Part shown: piece after piece, positions 44,416-57,597 of the stretch
Layout of the letters: the number at the start of each line of letters is the position of its first letter
Numbering within the stretch: the stretch's first letter is position 1
IMG/VR virus record: IMGVR_UViG_3300028886_000051
Length of the DNA: 64,000 nt
Origin: a virus
Lineage: Duplodnaviria; Caudoviricetes
Reading direction: 5' to 3' (one strand)
The notes under the pieces: model-generated
The model's database searches: none
Told to the model about the DNA's origin: nothing
What the model saw: only the letters and a program-made list of their open reading frames with translations
Translations under genes and position numbers: made by a program

Positions 44416-45000
44416 ATGAATTATTTTATATCAGATTTACACTTGAATTGTCAGAATAAATACGAAGGAAGAACGTTGGAACACGATAAAATTCTCAAGG
44501 AAAATTGGAACAATACAGTTACTAATGGTGATACAGTATATATTCTTGGAGATATTGGTAAAGAAGGTGGAAATAAAGAAATGGAATATCTTTGCGAGAT
44601 TATTTCCACTCTCAAAGGTAAGAAAGTGTTAGTACAAGGAAATCACGAGAAGCTAAAAGATATTAGAGTTAAACAGTTGTTTACTGAGATTACACCATAC
44701 AAAGAGATTAGTGACAACTTTAATGGTATCAATCGTAATGTAGTTCTATGTCATTATCCAATATTATTTTGGAATGGACAGCATAAAAATTGGATTCATT
44801 TATATGGACATCTGCATAATACTAATGAAGAAATTTTATATAAGGAATGTATGGAAAAGATTAATGAATACTTTTCAAATCAAAGTATGAAAGGTTATAC
44901 AGATTGTCCACCTGCTAGAGCATATAATGTTGGTGTAATGATGCCATATATGAATTATACGCCAAGAACATTAGAAGAAATCATTAAGAGTGGAGAATAA
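44416..45000 (+). CDS. Calcineurin-like metallophosphoesterase
   Basis: SDLH, LGD, GNHE, CHYP and GHLH motifs. Confidence 0.88.
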   Translation: MNYFISDLHLNCQNKYEGRTLEHDKILKENWNNTVTNGDTVYILGDIGKEGGNKEMEYLCEIISTLKGKKVLVQGNHEKLKDIRVKQLFTEITPYKEISDNFNGINRNVVLCHYPILFWNGQHKNWIHLYGHLHNTNEEILYKECMEKINEYFSNQSMKGYTDCPPARAYNVGVMMPYMNYTPRTLEEIIKSGE

Positions 45001-46839
45001 ATATTTATGAAACTATTAGAAAAATATAATTGTATTTTTTGCAAATATAGAAAACTTAACAAAAATCATGATTATGCTTGTATGGATAGTTGGGAAAAAG
45101 ATGAATCCGGTTATCCAATTGGTAAATGTAACTCATTATCAAATATATACTATGATAAAATCATCAGACTTTTTCCATTCAAGCAAATTGATTATTGGCG
45201 AACAGAAAGAGCATATAAAAAAGAAGAAAGGTACAATAAAGCAATGGACAAGAAATATGAAGATTGTTGTATAGAAACAGATGATTGGAAATTTATTTGG
45301 GGAATAACAAGTTGGGATGATTTATCTGGTCACGAAGCCAATATGTATACCATGAATGATATAGATATTACATATAACAAGAAGAAAAAAGAATATATGC
45401 TTGGAGTAGAAACGGCATATATATTTGAAACATATGCTTCAGAGTGTAATTATCTAAGAGCATGTTTGGACGCATTTTCAAAATATATGGACGCTAATGG
45501 ATTAGATAAGAACAAACAGTATAGTTTATTCATGAGCAATCCTTGTACAAGTATGGTAGCTTATTCGATTGAAGAATTATATACCAATTTTAAAATTTTT
45601 GTTGATGGATTTTGCAATCAGAATACCACAGAAAATAAAAAGGATGGAGAATAAATATGTGTAATCTTTGTAATTATAACTCGCCTGACAATCGAATATA
45701 TGTAGATCCATTAACAAATGAACATTATTTGGATATTGAAACATCTGAATGGGATGAATACGATGATGGATTTGTTCATCAAAGAGAATATATTGCGTAC
45801 TGTCCTTATTGTGGAAGAAAGTTAGGAGAATAAAATACAAGAGGTGATTCGATGAGATGCAGAGATTGTCCTTATGGGATTGAAGATTTTACATTAAGAA
45901 CAGAAATATATAAATCGGTATACGGTGAATATCCAGATGAAGATAGAGCCAATCAATCAGAACAGTTTGTTTGGTGCGATAAAGTTGGTGGCAAAGTTTA
46001 TTCTTTTGGTCATTGTAGTGATTGGTATGAACACGATGAAGAAAAGCATAAGAATCATTCTAAGAAAAAGAGAATAAATAAACGTGAGAGATATTTGAAA
46101 CATCAGAATCACCTCAGATATTTATATGAAACTGTTGGTGGTTATTATCCAACGCCTGTTAGATATGTGGATGAAATATGGATTAAGGGTGTTGGTTATG
46201 TTAAAAATCCAAAACCATATTATCAGAGATTGTATCGTGGTAAGAAAAGTAAATATTTGAAACAGTTATCTAATAGGAAAATACGTAGATATAAAGGTGA
46301 ATTGCATAATGGTTATCAGCACATACATAAAATTTTTGATTGGTGGAATGAATTTTGTTAGGAGAATAAATATATGAAGATAGAATTAATCAAATTAAAA
46401 TTTAATAATACTCATTCATACAAGTATAAATCATTTAATTATTGTTGTGATGAGATTCAGAATGATAAAGCTATTGTATTTACAGGTGAAGATATAAATG
46501 ATATTGGTGGAGAATATGAAGATGATGGCGTTTCTATCCCACAACTTTGCACTTCACATACAGAAGTTATTACATCTTATGAAGACGAATGGGAGCAGAC
46601 AGATAATTATCCAATTCAATTTTGCCCTCACTGCGGAGAGAAGATTGAGATTTCAGTCATAGATGAGATTGATGTATCTGATAAGTATAATGAATTATCT
46701 AAACAGCGTGAGGATTTATGGAAGAAGTGTCAAAGAACAGATAGTAAGAAGAAAGAAGCCGAACTAAGAGAACAGGTTAGAAAGCTTGATAATCAGATTA
46801 ATGGTTTCTATTTATTAGATGAGTGGAAAGGAGATGTAT

Positions 46840-47253
46840 ATGTATAAACAGATTATTATTGCAAGAAAAGATTTAAACATGAGTCATGGTAAACTCGCAG
46901 CTCAAGTCAGTCACGGCTCTATGGCATTTCTCAGTTGGTTTATTAGAAATAATGCCGATTTAGATGGTCATGTTGATGGCTATATTGACGAAGATATTCT
47001 TCACAATTGGATTGATGGTGAATTTACAAAATGTGTTCTTCAAGCCAAGAATAAGAATCAGTTGCTAAAAGCTAAGACTATGGCAGAAGAATTGGGAATG
47101 GTTGAAGGTAAAGATTTCTGGTTAATAAAGGATAATTGCCACACCGAATTAAAGCCCGAAGAAGATGGTAGAACACTTACTGTAATTGGTTTTAGACCAA
47201 TGGACAGTGAGATTATTGATCAGATTGGAAGAAAATATCATTTATATATGTAA
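46840..47253 (+). CDS. pth2: Peptidyl-tRNA hydrolase, Pth2 family
   Basis: KQIIIARKDLNMSHGKLAAQVSH, IKDNCHTE and TVIGFRP. Confidence 0.85.
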   Translation: MYKQIIIARKDLNMSHGKLAAQVSHGSMAFLSWFIRNNADLDGHVDGYIDEDILHNWIDGEFTKCVLQAKNKNQLLKAKTMAEELGMVEGKDFWLIKDNCHTELKPEEDGRTLTVIGFRPMDSEIIDQIGRKYHLYM

Positions 47254-48598
47254 GAATGGAGAATATTAAAATGGCAGTATTTAAAAATTTTAAAGACGAT
47301 GAGCTGATTGTAAGCTGTAAATGTGGATGTGACGAAGGTATCCACTTCAAGATTTATGATTATGGAGATGGCGATTATGCTTTCTTAACATATACAAACG
47401 GTAACTTTTACACTCAGCAAAGACCATTCTTTGAGAAGTTGAAGAAAATTTGGGCGATTATCAGGAATAAGGATTTTTATTATTCTGATATTGTGCTTAC
47501 AAAGGAAGATTTTAACGAGTTTAAAGAATGGATTAATAGAAAGTAGAGTAACAAGAATTTCAGATTTTATTGGTTTTGAGAAAGGAGAATATATGAGCGA
47601 AGATAGACTTAATTATATTGAAAAAGAAATTAGTAAAACACCACTTTATTCATTGCTTGGAGCAGATGGCATTGATGAGTTGAAGAATAGAATCATTGAC
47701 ATTATTTGTGATCAGGTTCAGAAAGATTTGAGAGATAGTTCGTATTATCTTATTAGTCCAGATGATGTCAATGAGACTCTTGAAGAGAATATTGTTCAGG
47801 AAGCTATTAATGAATTGAAAGAAGAGTGGAAAGACAAACTTAAAGAATACATGTCTAAGAAACTTGAAGCGATGATGAAGTAATTGGAGGTAGATAAAAT
47901 GTCATATTGGACTTATATCAACGGTACAATAACAGTTCATCCTATGGGGAGAACACAGCCTGAGAAGAGATATATTCTTGAAACAGTGCTAAATCATTTG
48001 CCTAGAGTAACAGGTTCTGAGGGTGACATGAATACATATATAATTCAGAAAAATGGTTATAACAGTTCATGTTCATGCGATGAATTCGGCGAAGTGACAA
48101 ACAATTTAGTAGATAGATACGGATATAAGAGTCGTAGTAGAGGATGGTTACAAACACAGGATGAATATATACTTGTTGTAAATGCTGCTTTAAGAGACAG
48201 AGAATTTGAACAGACTTATAGAGAATTTATGAAATGGTTTGTACGACTTTGTAAAAGAGTAGGCTGTGAAGATGTTCTTGTAGAAATCAAAGGATATGAT
48301 AAGTCAACTGTTATCAAAGATAGAAATATTCAGAGAAAGAAATATTCTTATAAGAGTGTTTTCGATGGATTATTTGAAAATCCAAGTTGGTGCAACGACA
48401 GTAAAGATGGATACAAAGAGCCGAACTGGTGTGAATTTATGATGTGGGACAGATCAAAAAATTCTAATTATCCTATGACTCTTGCTTACAAATATTTCAA
48501 CGATGAAGAAAATGACAAGGAAGTTGAGAGAAGAATGAATTATAGATAACTTCACAAGAAAGCAACATATCCTTGGATTATAGAAAAGAGGTGATTAA

Positions 48599-49078
48599 GT
48601 GTTAGTACCTGCAATTCTGTATAAAGAGCAGATAAAGAAAGAATTTCAGAAATATTATTATACAACAGATATGATGTATGAAACTGGTTGCATGTGTAAT
48701 TGGAGTCCTGAAATTGCAGAATGTCCAAATGAGAGTCAATTTCAATATGCAATAATTGATAAGAACGAAAAACTCATTGGTTACTTAGGGTATTCAGTAG
48801 ATTGGTATGCGTCTAAAGCGTATAACTTTGGATTATTTTCATTCGACAGAGGAAATATTTTGGTTGGTAGGGACGTATTCGATAAATTAGAAGAACTGAT
48901 TAAAACATTACATAGAGTTGAATGGAGAGCTGTTGGTGGGAATCCTGCTTGTAGAGGTTACGATAGCTTTATCGAGAGACATAATGGAACGAAACATGTT
49001 CTAAAAGATTCAATTAAGGACAAGAATGGTGAATATCACGATGATATTATTTATGAGATTGTGAGTGGTGGAGAATAA
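48599..49078 (+). CDS. GNAT (RimJ/RimL-like) acetyltransferase-fold protein
   Basis: YAIIDKNEKLIGY...GNPACRGY...NGEYHDDIIYEI. Confidence 0.55.
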   Translation: MLVPAILYKEQIKKEFQKYYYTTDMMYETGCMCNWSPEIAECPNESQFQYAIIDKNEKLIGYLGYSVDWYASKAYNFGLFSFDRGNILVGRDVFDKLEELIKTLHRVEWRAVGGNPACRGYDSFIERHNGTKHVLKDSIKDKNGEYHDDIIYEIVSGGE

Positions 49079-49454
49079 TACATTGGAGGTGAAACCGTAA
49101 TGGATGATTATAAGAATTATATTGTAATTGGAAATGAATATAACGGGTTAGGAGAATCTGCCGATCCTGATAGTTGGGACAGTGTAAAATATTATTTTAA
49201 CACAGAAGATGAAGTAAAAGATTTTATTGATAGAAATCCATCGTTTTTATTTCATTTAAAAGCAATTTACAAAGTAGAAGAATTAGATATTAATAGTTTT
49301 ATTCATTAAAGGTTAAAATAACAAGAATCCAATCTTTCATTGGAAAATTTTGTAAAAATAACAACATAAATGGTAGTTGCAAATGCCATAAAATAAAAGA
49401 AAGGAAAAGATAATCCTAGGTAAAAGGTTATGTACATAACACTCAGGTATATGA

Positions 49455-50744
49455 GTGAACCCAATTTACAATGAGTATCTTACATTCTTGCGAGATACGA
49501 CCAAACAGCCATTAGAAGATCTGAAAGAAGGCTACTTTTGGCTAGATAAATCAATTATTAAAGGATTTGATAAGCAAGGAAATGAACATAAATTCTATCG
49601 AGTGAAGATTGAAAATTCGCTTGAAAGATTGGATTGCATCAAATTGAAATCCTACGACAATATATCAGATGTGGATTTAGCAAGTTGGCAAGATTTAATC
49701 GAATTACAGAAAGAACATCTAACGCAGCTTGAAGCTGATTCATTAGAACTAATCAAAGAAAAGACAGAGAAATTTAATACATATACTTCAATAATTCCTG
49801 TTTCTATGGGTAAGGATTCAATGCTTACCTGTCATCTAGTCAGAAAATTATATCCAGAAACCAAAGCAATATTCAATAATACTTCACTTGATTGTGCTGA
49901 TACATACAGAATGGTTAAGACTTTCCCTAATTGTGAGATTATGAATCCCGAGAAGGGATTTTACCAGTATATTAAAGAACAGAATATTATATTTAATAGA
50001 ATTTCTCGTGGTTGTTGTAGAATCTTCAAAGTAGGTGAAATGGTTAGGCGTTTAGACCATAACAAACCATATTTAATGTGGATGGGTATGCGAAACGAAG
50101 AATCTAATACTAGAAGCGGATATCAAGATGAATGGATAAATGAGCAGGAATGGGGTAAGACCTGTTGGCAAGGTATTCTTCCTATTAGAAAATGGTCAGA
50201 AATGGATGTATGGCTTTATACAATTTGGAAGAATGTGCCTATTTGCTCAAAATATAAAAAGGGATATGCTCGTCAAGGCTGTAATATTGCGTGCCCATTC
50301 TATACGAAGTCTACTTGGATTTTGGACAAGTATTGGTATCCACAGGCTTATGAGAGATGGAGAAACATCTTAAAAGAAGACTTCATTGCAAATAAGAAAT
50401 GGATAATCATGAACTGCACCATTGATGAATATCTCACACAGGCTTGGAATGGTGGAACATTCAGAGATGAACCAACCGATGAGGTTATTCAGGAATTTGC
50501 TGAGTACAATGGATTGAATGTTGGTGACACAAAAGTAGCAAGACAATATTTTAATAAGTATTGTGATGAGTGTGAAAAGAGAATAAAAGATAAAACAACG
50601 CTGGCAATGAATATGAAATTCCATGGAAGAGATGTGTCGAAGTTCTTGTGTAAGAAATGTTTCAAAAAATTATACGAGATGGATGATGATAAGTGGAATA
50701 TGTATGTTGAGTCATTCAAAAGAGACGGTTGTGCGTTGTTTTAA
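49455..50744 (+). CDS. PAPS reductase-family (PP-loop) protein
   Basis: VSMGKDS, RGCCRIFK, GMRNEESNTR, PIRKWS and RQGCNIACP; C-terminal Cys cluster. Confidence 0.85.
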   Translation: MNPIYNEYLTFLRDTTKQPLEDLKEGYFWLDKSIIKGFDKQGNEHKFYRVKIENSLERLDCIKLKSYDNISDVDLASWQDLIELQKEHLTQLEADSLELIKEKTEKFNTYTSIIPVSMGKDSMLTCHLVRKLYPETKAIFNNTSLDCADTYRMVKTFPNCEIMNPEKGFYQYIKEQNIIFNRISRGCCRIFKVGEMVRRLDHNKPYLMWMGMRNEESNTRSGYQDEWINEQEWGKTCWQGILPIRKWSEMDVWLYTIWKNVPICSKYKKGYARQGCNIACPFYTKSTWILDKYWYPQAYERWRNILKEDFIANKKWIIMNCTIDEYLTQAWNGGTFRDEPTDEVIQEFAEYNGLNVGDTKVARQYFNKYCDECEKRIKDKTTLAMNMKFHGRDVSKFLCKKCFKKLYEMDDDKWNMYVESFKRDGCALF

Positions 50745-52017
50745 CAGAGAATAAATAATTAGAGGTCACAAAAGCCTTGAAAAATAAGGCTTTTGAAACC
50801 TCAAAAGCCGATGAATTTTTTCTTTCTTTTGGACAGATTGGAGGTGTGAAATGAAAAAGTATTATAGACAAGCAATCGCATTTCTTTTAGTATGGTTCTG
50901 TAGTGGTGTAACGATGTATTCATATCAAGCAGAAAATAAAATACTTGGAATTACTTTTACACTTTTAAGTTTTTTATATTGGTTCATTATAGACAAAGAT
51001 GATTAGGAGAATAAATACATGACACAATTACCAAAAACGAGTTGTAGTATTCCAATGCCAGAAGTTGCAGCTATTTATAATCCAAAAGTCATTGCAAGAA
51101 TAAAGCTCTGTGGTGGTGCTGTAACGATTAATGTTAATGAAACAATGGCATGGAAGAAACCAACTGATGAGCAGATTAAAAACTTACATGATTTATTTTG
51201 TATTGATGTTGAGATATTAGACAGAGGAGAATAATACTATGAAGGGTAAATATAGAGGCTGCGACATAGAAGTAGAACGAGGTGGTACAGAGTTCTTAAC
51301 CTTTGCAGTATTCGATGATGGATATGAAGTGACAAGTGGATTTTCTGAAAGTAGTGACACTGTGAGAGATTATTTCAGTTATATGAAAAGTGTAGTAGAT
51401 GACTATAAAGAACATCCAGAAGATTACGAATAGGAGAATAACATTATGAAGATTATAGCAGGTGATTATTTCGGTAAAAATATTCAGTTTGTGTGTAGAT
51501 GCTGCAACTGTGTATATGAAGTTGAATCAAAGGATGATTGGAATATTCGAATGGAGAGTCCATATCGTTTTGGTTATTTAATCCCTACTTACAATGTTAT
51601 GTGTCCTAATTGCGGTCATGAAGAATATCTTGGCTGTGATCCAGACGATTTAAAAGGAACGGAACTGGAAAACCTACATTGTCCTTGGATTCCATTATTG
51701 AAGAAGAGAGAAGATTGGAATAAACGATATAGGGTTGAGCCAATAAGAGAATAAACATTTGTGAGGTGAGCAGATGAAAGCATATAAATGTGATATTTGT
51801 GGTGAATATTGCGATTATTCTCATGATATCTATGGTAACATAATGGTGCGAACTAAAAAGAAAAATTTTAAGAAAATGAAATACATAAACGAATTATGTG
51901 ATAGTTGTTTTGAGGATTTACAGAGATATATGCAAGATAAATATTTTGAGCATATGGATAAATATTCAGAGTAAAGATTCGTTTCTTTTGAAATTTTAAC
52001 AGATAGGAGTGATATAA

Positions 52018-53148
52018 ACGAGGGTATATAAAGATAAACAGTATCTTATTTTTGATTATGAAGATGGACGCACTGTAAAATATGATTTCGCAACGAAGAC
52101 CGCTATTGGAATTAAGGGTAAACCAGTAAAGAATCTGTGTAGTCAGCTAAGTGGGTTTACTCTAAATGAGTTATTTGATTGTTGTGATGATGAAAAGTAT
52201 GCGAAGTTTTTACGATTTATTAGAAATTCAGAAACATACTCATATTCAATAAGCAACATAGGAACAATTCTTGATAGAGTTCCAAGATATGATAGATTTG
52301 AACAAATTTTCTCAGCAGGATTTGATGACATTATCAAAGATGGTTATCGGTTCAAGTATTCTATAAATGAGATTCCAAAATCTCTAATCAAATTATGTCG
52401 TAAATATCCCATTAAATTATCCAATAATACTGTTAAGTATTATAAAGAAAATCAAGATGCACATTACATAGCTTATAACTTGGATTATCTAAGTTTAGAT
52501 TCTGATGATATTTATATCGTTTGGAATACAGAAACATGGGATAGAGTTGATGGTGCTTGTATTTATTATTCATTTTTTAATAAATTAGTGAATGACTTTG
52601 GATATAATGCAAAGGATTTATGGTTGTATCTGGATAGAATCAAGACATTTGAGGCAGTTGAAGATATGGGTTTCTTAATTCGTGAATTGTACGATTACGC
52701 TGATATGATGAATCAACTTAGCCCTAAATTTGACAAGTACCCAAGACATTTTTTAACTACACATAGAATTGCTTGTAGAAATTACGATCGAATGAAGAAA
52801 GAGTTCTCAGAAGAGTTATTTAAAAAGAGAATAAATAAACAGTACGAATGCTCTTTTGGTGATTACATATTCATTTATCCAGATTCTACACAGGATATAA
52901 AAGATGAGGCTGCTTCACAAAACAACTGCGTAGCTTCATACATAGATAAGGTTATTGACGGTAAGTGTCACATTCTTTTCTTGAGAAAAAAGAGTAAGCC
53001 AGACGAGAGTTTGGTAACGATTGAAGTAAGAAATAATCATATTGTACAGGCTAGACGAAGATTCAATGATGATGTAACAGCAGAGGATCAGAAAGCTATT
53101 GATGCATTTAACAAAAAGTTTGCAAATAAGAAGGATAAAGTAGCATGA
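52018..53148 (+). CDS. PcfJ-like protein; apparent ACG start
   Basis: EAASQNNCVASY, ILFLRK and VTIEV...QAR. The frame is open from ACG 52018, just after an AGGAGTGA SD. Confidence 0.75.
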   Translation, partial: TRVYKDKQYLIFDYEDGRTVKYDFATKTAIGIKGKPVKNLCSQLSGFTLNELFDCCDDEKYAKFLRFIRNSETYSYSISNIGTILDRVPRYDRFEQIFSAGFDDIIKDGYRFKYSINEIPKSLIKLCRKYPIKLSNNTVKYYKENQDAHYIAYNLDYLSLDSDDIYIVWNTETWDRVDGACIYYSFFNKLVNDFGYNAKDLWLYLDRIKTFEAVEDMGFLIRELYDYADMMNQLSPKFDKYPRHFLTTHRIACRNYDRMKKEFSEELFKKRINKQYECSFGDYIFIYPDSTQDIKDEAASQNNCVASYIDKVIDGKCHILFLRKKSKPDESLVTIEVRNNHIVQARRRFNDDVTAEDQKAIDAFNKKFANKKDKVA

Positions 53149-54955
53149 TTAAAGGAGATCGAATTAAATTAGTTCGTAAGATGGGTGTGTTTGATAACAT
53201 TGGTGAGATTTGTGAAGTGACTGATATTCAGGAAGGTGGAGTAATCTGCTTTAAATTCGGTGGCTGCCATCTTGGTTGTATGTCATATGACGAGTATGAA
53301 AAGTATTTTGAAAAGGTTGAGACACCTGTAAAGAAACCTTGGAGCGATTGGAGTTTGGCACACAAACTTACTTTTATTGATATTAAGGGCGATGAAAAGA
53401 CTATTAAATATCAGTATAGAGATAATGGTAAGAGAGTCCAGGTTAGAAGTGGTGCTTTGAAAGCAGGTTCATCTTGTTATGACGAGGACGAATTTAGTCT
53501 TAGTAGTGGTTTGGAACTGGCAGAGATGAGATTAGTCGTAAAATACCTTGATAATCAGGTTAAGTCGATTGCAAAGGCGATGTAAGGATAAAGCGGAGGA
53601 ATTCTTATGACAAGAACGTATTGTGATGTATGTAACAAAGAAACAAGTTCGGTAGCAGAATATATGTTACCAAAGCGTGTGCCGAAATATGCGACAGACA
53701 AAGCGGGTAATAAAATAATGCCATTTGGAGAGACCGTTAAACCAGTAAAAAAGGAGTTGTGTCCAAGATGCTCTCGTTTATTAAATGTATTTATAGATGG
53801 TTATTTAGCAGCTTTGAGTACGGAAGATGATAAATATACAATTCAATTTAATCTTATTCACGAAAGAGAATAACAACATATAGGAAGTATTCTGAAAGAG
53901 TAATCAATCAGATAGTGGTCACAGGTTCATGACCAACATACATAAAAGTCTATGTAAAGAGAAATGGTTCTCATGAATTATCGGTTTCCTTTGGAGGTGA
54001 CAAGTGTTTAATATTGGTGAATTGGTTATAGAAAAAATACAGAGTTATGAATTATGGACAGATGTCCCTAGCTATGAAAGGCTAGATGTTGTACATTGCG
54101 TATTATGTTTAATTCCTAATCCTTATGATTCGATAAGAGAATATTTAAAAAGAAGGAAAGAACATAATAAAAAATATAAAGAATTTTGGTCTAATGCAGA
54201 TAAAGTAATTTTCAATAATGATAGAAGTATGTACAGAGCTGCGATTATGACAAAATTAGCAGTGAATGAAGAGGCGAAGTAAATGATAACACCACCAGTA
54301 ATACAAAGTTTAACAAACGAAAATACAATATTGGCAAGTGCTTCTATAGAAGATTTGCAAGAATATAAGAAAAATGCTTGTAAAATTCTTAGAAGTCAGA
54401 CGCAGTGTGCTACTGCAAAAATCGTAGAAGAATTGATTGACCAGGAAATTATGAATAGAAAAATTATTGAAGAATGGAATAAAATCTATGAACAATTTCC
54501 TGAACATGTAGGAGTGTGATACCAATAGAATTAGAGAATAATCCAAAACAGATTGAAGAAAATCTTAAAACTGTACTCACATTAGAATATATGGGAATTC
54601 ATATCGAAGACACAAAAGAGCAAGGTTTTAAACAATTATATTATTTCTCAGTGCCAGAAAGATCTACACTAAAAACCGAATCTGCAAAAGAACAAGCTGA
54701 GACAGCAGATGATTTAATTCAAGTTGCGAAAGCTACTTTGACAGAAATGATTCTCGATTCGTGCAAATCTGAATTTGACGATGAAGATGAAGAATTTTAT
54801 AAAGATGTAGAGAATAATATCTCAGACTATGCTTTGTTCTTTGCAAAAGTCAGAAAAGGAGAAGTATGGAATAAGGAAATGGGTAAAGCTGCCGTTAATA
54901 AAGCGGTTGAACTGTTAAAAAACCTATCGTACAAACAGGTTTAGAAGGAGAATAA

Positions 54956-55027
54956 CTATATGTAGTCGATTGGTAAAATTTATATACTATATATAATGCC
55001 ATAAAAGAGATAAATCACAATATATAG
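54956..55027. promoter_or_regulatory. Three NrdR-like boxes
   Basis: CTATATGTAG (54956), CTATATATAA (54987) and CAATATATAG (55018), 31-bp period. Confidence 0.6.
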
Positions 55028-55818
55028 TAATAAAAGTACCAAGAAATTTCGATTTTTTGTGAGGAGGTGAAATCATGGAGAAAGTAATTAAATATAGATG
55101 TTCTAAATGTGGAGAATTATTTGATACACCTGAAGATGCTTTAGCACATGAAATAAGACATGAAAGAATTGAGAAGGCTAATGAGATGCTTGATGAAGGA
55201 TATACATTAAAGCAAATCAATGACGAGTGTGAGATTTGGGATTCTGTGCCAGAACATTTAGAGAATGTAAATAAAGATAACTGTTTTAAAATTAGCTATT
55301 GGCAATGCTGCGACAAACCCGCATATCAAATTATGCATATCTTTTTTGATGGAAGAGTAAATGTAAGAGGTTGTGGTTCGTGGAGTGGATATTATGGCAA
55401 TTGCCTTAGATTAGATAGTCGTGATTTGGAAGATCCAAGACCAAAGGAAGAGTTATTTGTAGATGGTAGATATACAAGTAGATGGGAATTATATTTGGAG
55501 AATATATAAGTGGAGGTAATTATAATGACAAGTTACGAATTTGAAAAAGCTGCAAAGAATGCAGTGATTCAGACATTGAGTGAAAACATTAGTATTGACC
55601 AGTTGGATCTCGTGTGGTTTGCACATGAGTTAGGTTATAAGAAGTGTACTATTTGGGGACAGCCGATGGGTAACAGATATGCAGAAGTTACTTATAACAG
55701 AGATAAAGATGAGATGTATGTAGATATTTATCAGAAGATTATCAACAATAAGATTTCGTCTGATGAGTTCAATTTTGAAGCGTAAAGGAGAATAACATAT
55801 TGAAAGAGAGGTACATAT

Positions 55819-56667
55819 ATGCCAGTACAGGATGATTTAGGCTGTCGCATGAAGACATTTTATGAGCAGATTCCTAAGACAAAATTAATGAGAAGGTGTC
55901 CAGTTGCTATCCGCATTGACGGAAAGGCGTTTCATACATTCACAAGAGGATTCCAGAAACCGTTTGATGAAGTGCTAATTAAGTCTATGCAGGAAACAAT
56001 GAAATACTTATGTGAGAATATTCAAGGCTGTGTTCTTGGTTACACGCAGTCAGATGAGATTACATTGATCCTTGTTGATTATAAGAAACTTACATCTTCA
56101 GCTTGGTTTGATTATGAAGTGCAGAAGATTTGTAGTATTGCGGCAAGTATGGCTACGATGGCATTTAATAAATTCTTCAGAGATAATGTTGGTGACTATT
56201 TATATGAGAATTATGACGATCAGTATTTAGCTGATTATATTAAAATTTTACAGAATGCAGTTGACAAAGGTGCAATGTTTGATGCTCGTTGTTTCAATAT
56301 TCCAAAAGAAGAAGTAACAAATCTCGTATATTGGCGACAACTTGATGCTTCTCGTAACTCAATTCAGATGGTAGGTCAGGTTTGTTTCTCACACAAAGAA
56401 TTACAGAATAAGTCATGCAATGATATTCAGGATATGCTTATTACTCAGAAAGGTATTAACTGGAACGATTTACCGACTTATCAGAAGAGAGGAAGCTGTT
56501 GTGTAAGAAATAAGATTGTTATTGAAACTGACAGTGTTACAGCAACTGCACAGTTAAGAGATACTTCTAAATCAGAAAATGAGTGGATTATTGATACAGA
56601 TATCCCTATTTTCAAGGGCGAAGGTAGAGAATATATTGATAGATTGGTATTTATTGGTGAAGAGTAA
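55819..56667 (+). CDS. Thg1-like tRNA(His) guanylyltransferase (3'-5' polymerase)
   Basis: IRIDGKAFHTFT, YTQSDEI, FDAR, WRQLDASRNSI and KRG. Confidence 0.92.
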   Translation: MPVQDDLGCRMKTFYEQIPKTKLMRRCPVAIRIDGKAFHTFTRGFQKPFDEVLIKSMQETMKYLCENIQGCVLGYTQSDEITLILVDYKKLTSSAWFDYEVQKICSIAASMATMAFNKFFRDNVGDYLYENYDDQYLADYIKILQNAVDKGAMFDARCFNIPKEEVTNLVYWRQLDASRNSIQMVGQVCFSHKELQNKSCNDIQDMLITQKGINWNDLPTYQKRGSCCVRNKIVIETDSVTATAQLRDTSKSENEWIIDTDIPIFKGEGREYIDRLVFIGEE

Positions 56668-57291
56668 ATATAAAGGAGAATATACATATGAGTAATTTAA
56701 AGCAAAAATTAACAAAAGGTGGCGCAACAGCAGTTATTGTCATTACAATTTTGGCATTATGTTATGGACTTAGTTGGATTGTTACATGTGGAATAATCAA
56801 GCTTATTACAATGTGCTTTGGTTTGACATTTAAATGGTCTATTGCGACTGGTATTTGGTTGATTATCTGCATTTTAAAGTCAGTTTTCAATGTAACAGTA
56901 AAGAAATAAAAGCCGAGTAAACTGACATTTCTTGACCAAATTGGAGACAAGGAGGAATAAAATGTGTTCTGATACAGTAATTGATTTATTAAGCATATTT
57001 TTAATATTGAGTATATTATTTGCAGGATTCTATATAGCCTACAAAGCGGATATCGAAAATATATCTGTTCTCAATTCTATAAAGAATTTTATTATTGATT
57101 TATTTAAAGATAGAAATATTTTAGGTAAATTTCTTTCAAGTGTTGTATTTTTATTATCTATTCCAGGCATGTTATATATGATTCTTTTAGCAATAGTTGA
57201 TGTGTTCATAAAGTTATTTATAAAAATATGGAAGTTAGGAAATAGATAAAATTTTATATAAATAAGAGAATATATAGTTGGAGGTGAGAAT

Positions 57292-57597
57292 GTGAGTATG
57301 GTGAATTTAAATTTACACACAATTATATTAATTGTGTTATGTCATTTAATTGGTGATTATGTATTACAATGTGATTTTATTGCACAGACAAAAGGGAAGA
57401 ATTGGTATCATTTATTTGTACATTGTGCATTGTATTGTGTTCCATTCTTAATAGTATTTGGTTGGACATGGCAGTTAGCAGCAATTTTTATTTCGCATCT
57501 GATTATTGATCCGTTGAAAGCAAGATGGAATAAGATTACATACACTACAGACCAGACATTACATTATATAATCGGAATGCTTTATCTTATTGGTTAA
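57292..57597 (+). CDS. DUF3307-like membrane protein
   Basis: HLIGDYVLQ, H, HLIID and DQTLH. Confidence 0.7.
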   Translation: MSMVNLNLHTIILIVLCHLIGDYVLQCDFIAQTKGKNWYHLFVHCALYCVPFLIVFGWTWQLAAIFISHLIIDPLKARWNKITYTTDQTLHYIIGMLYLIG

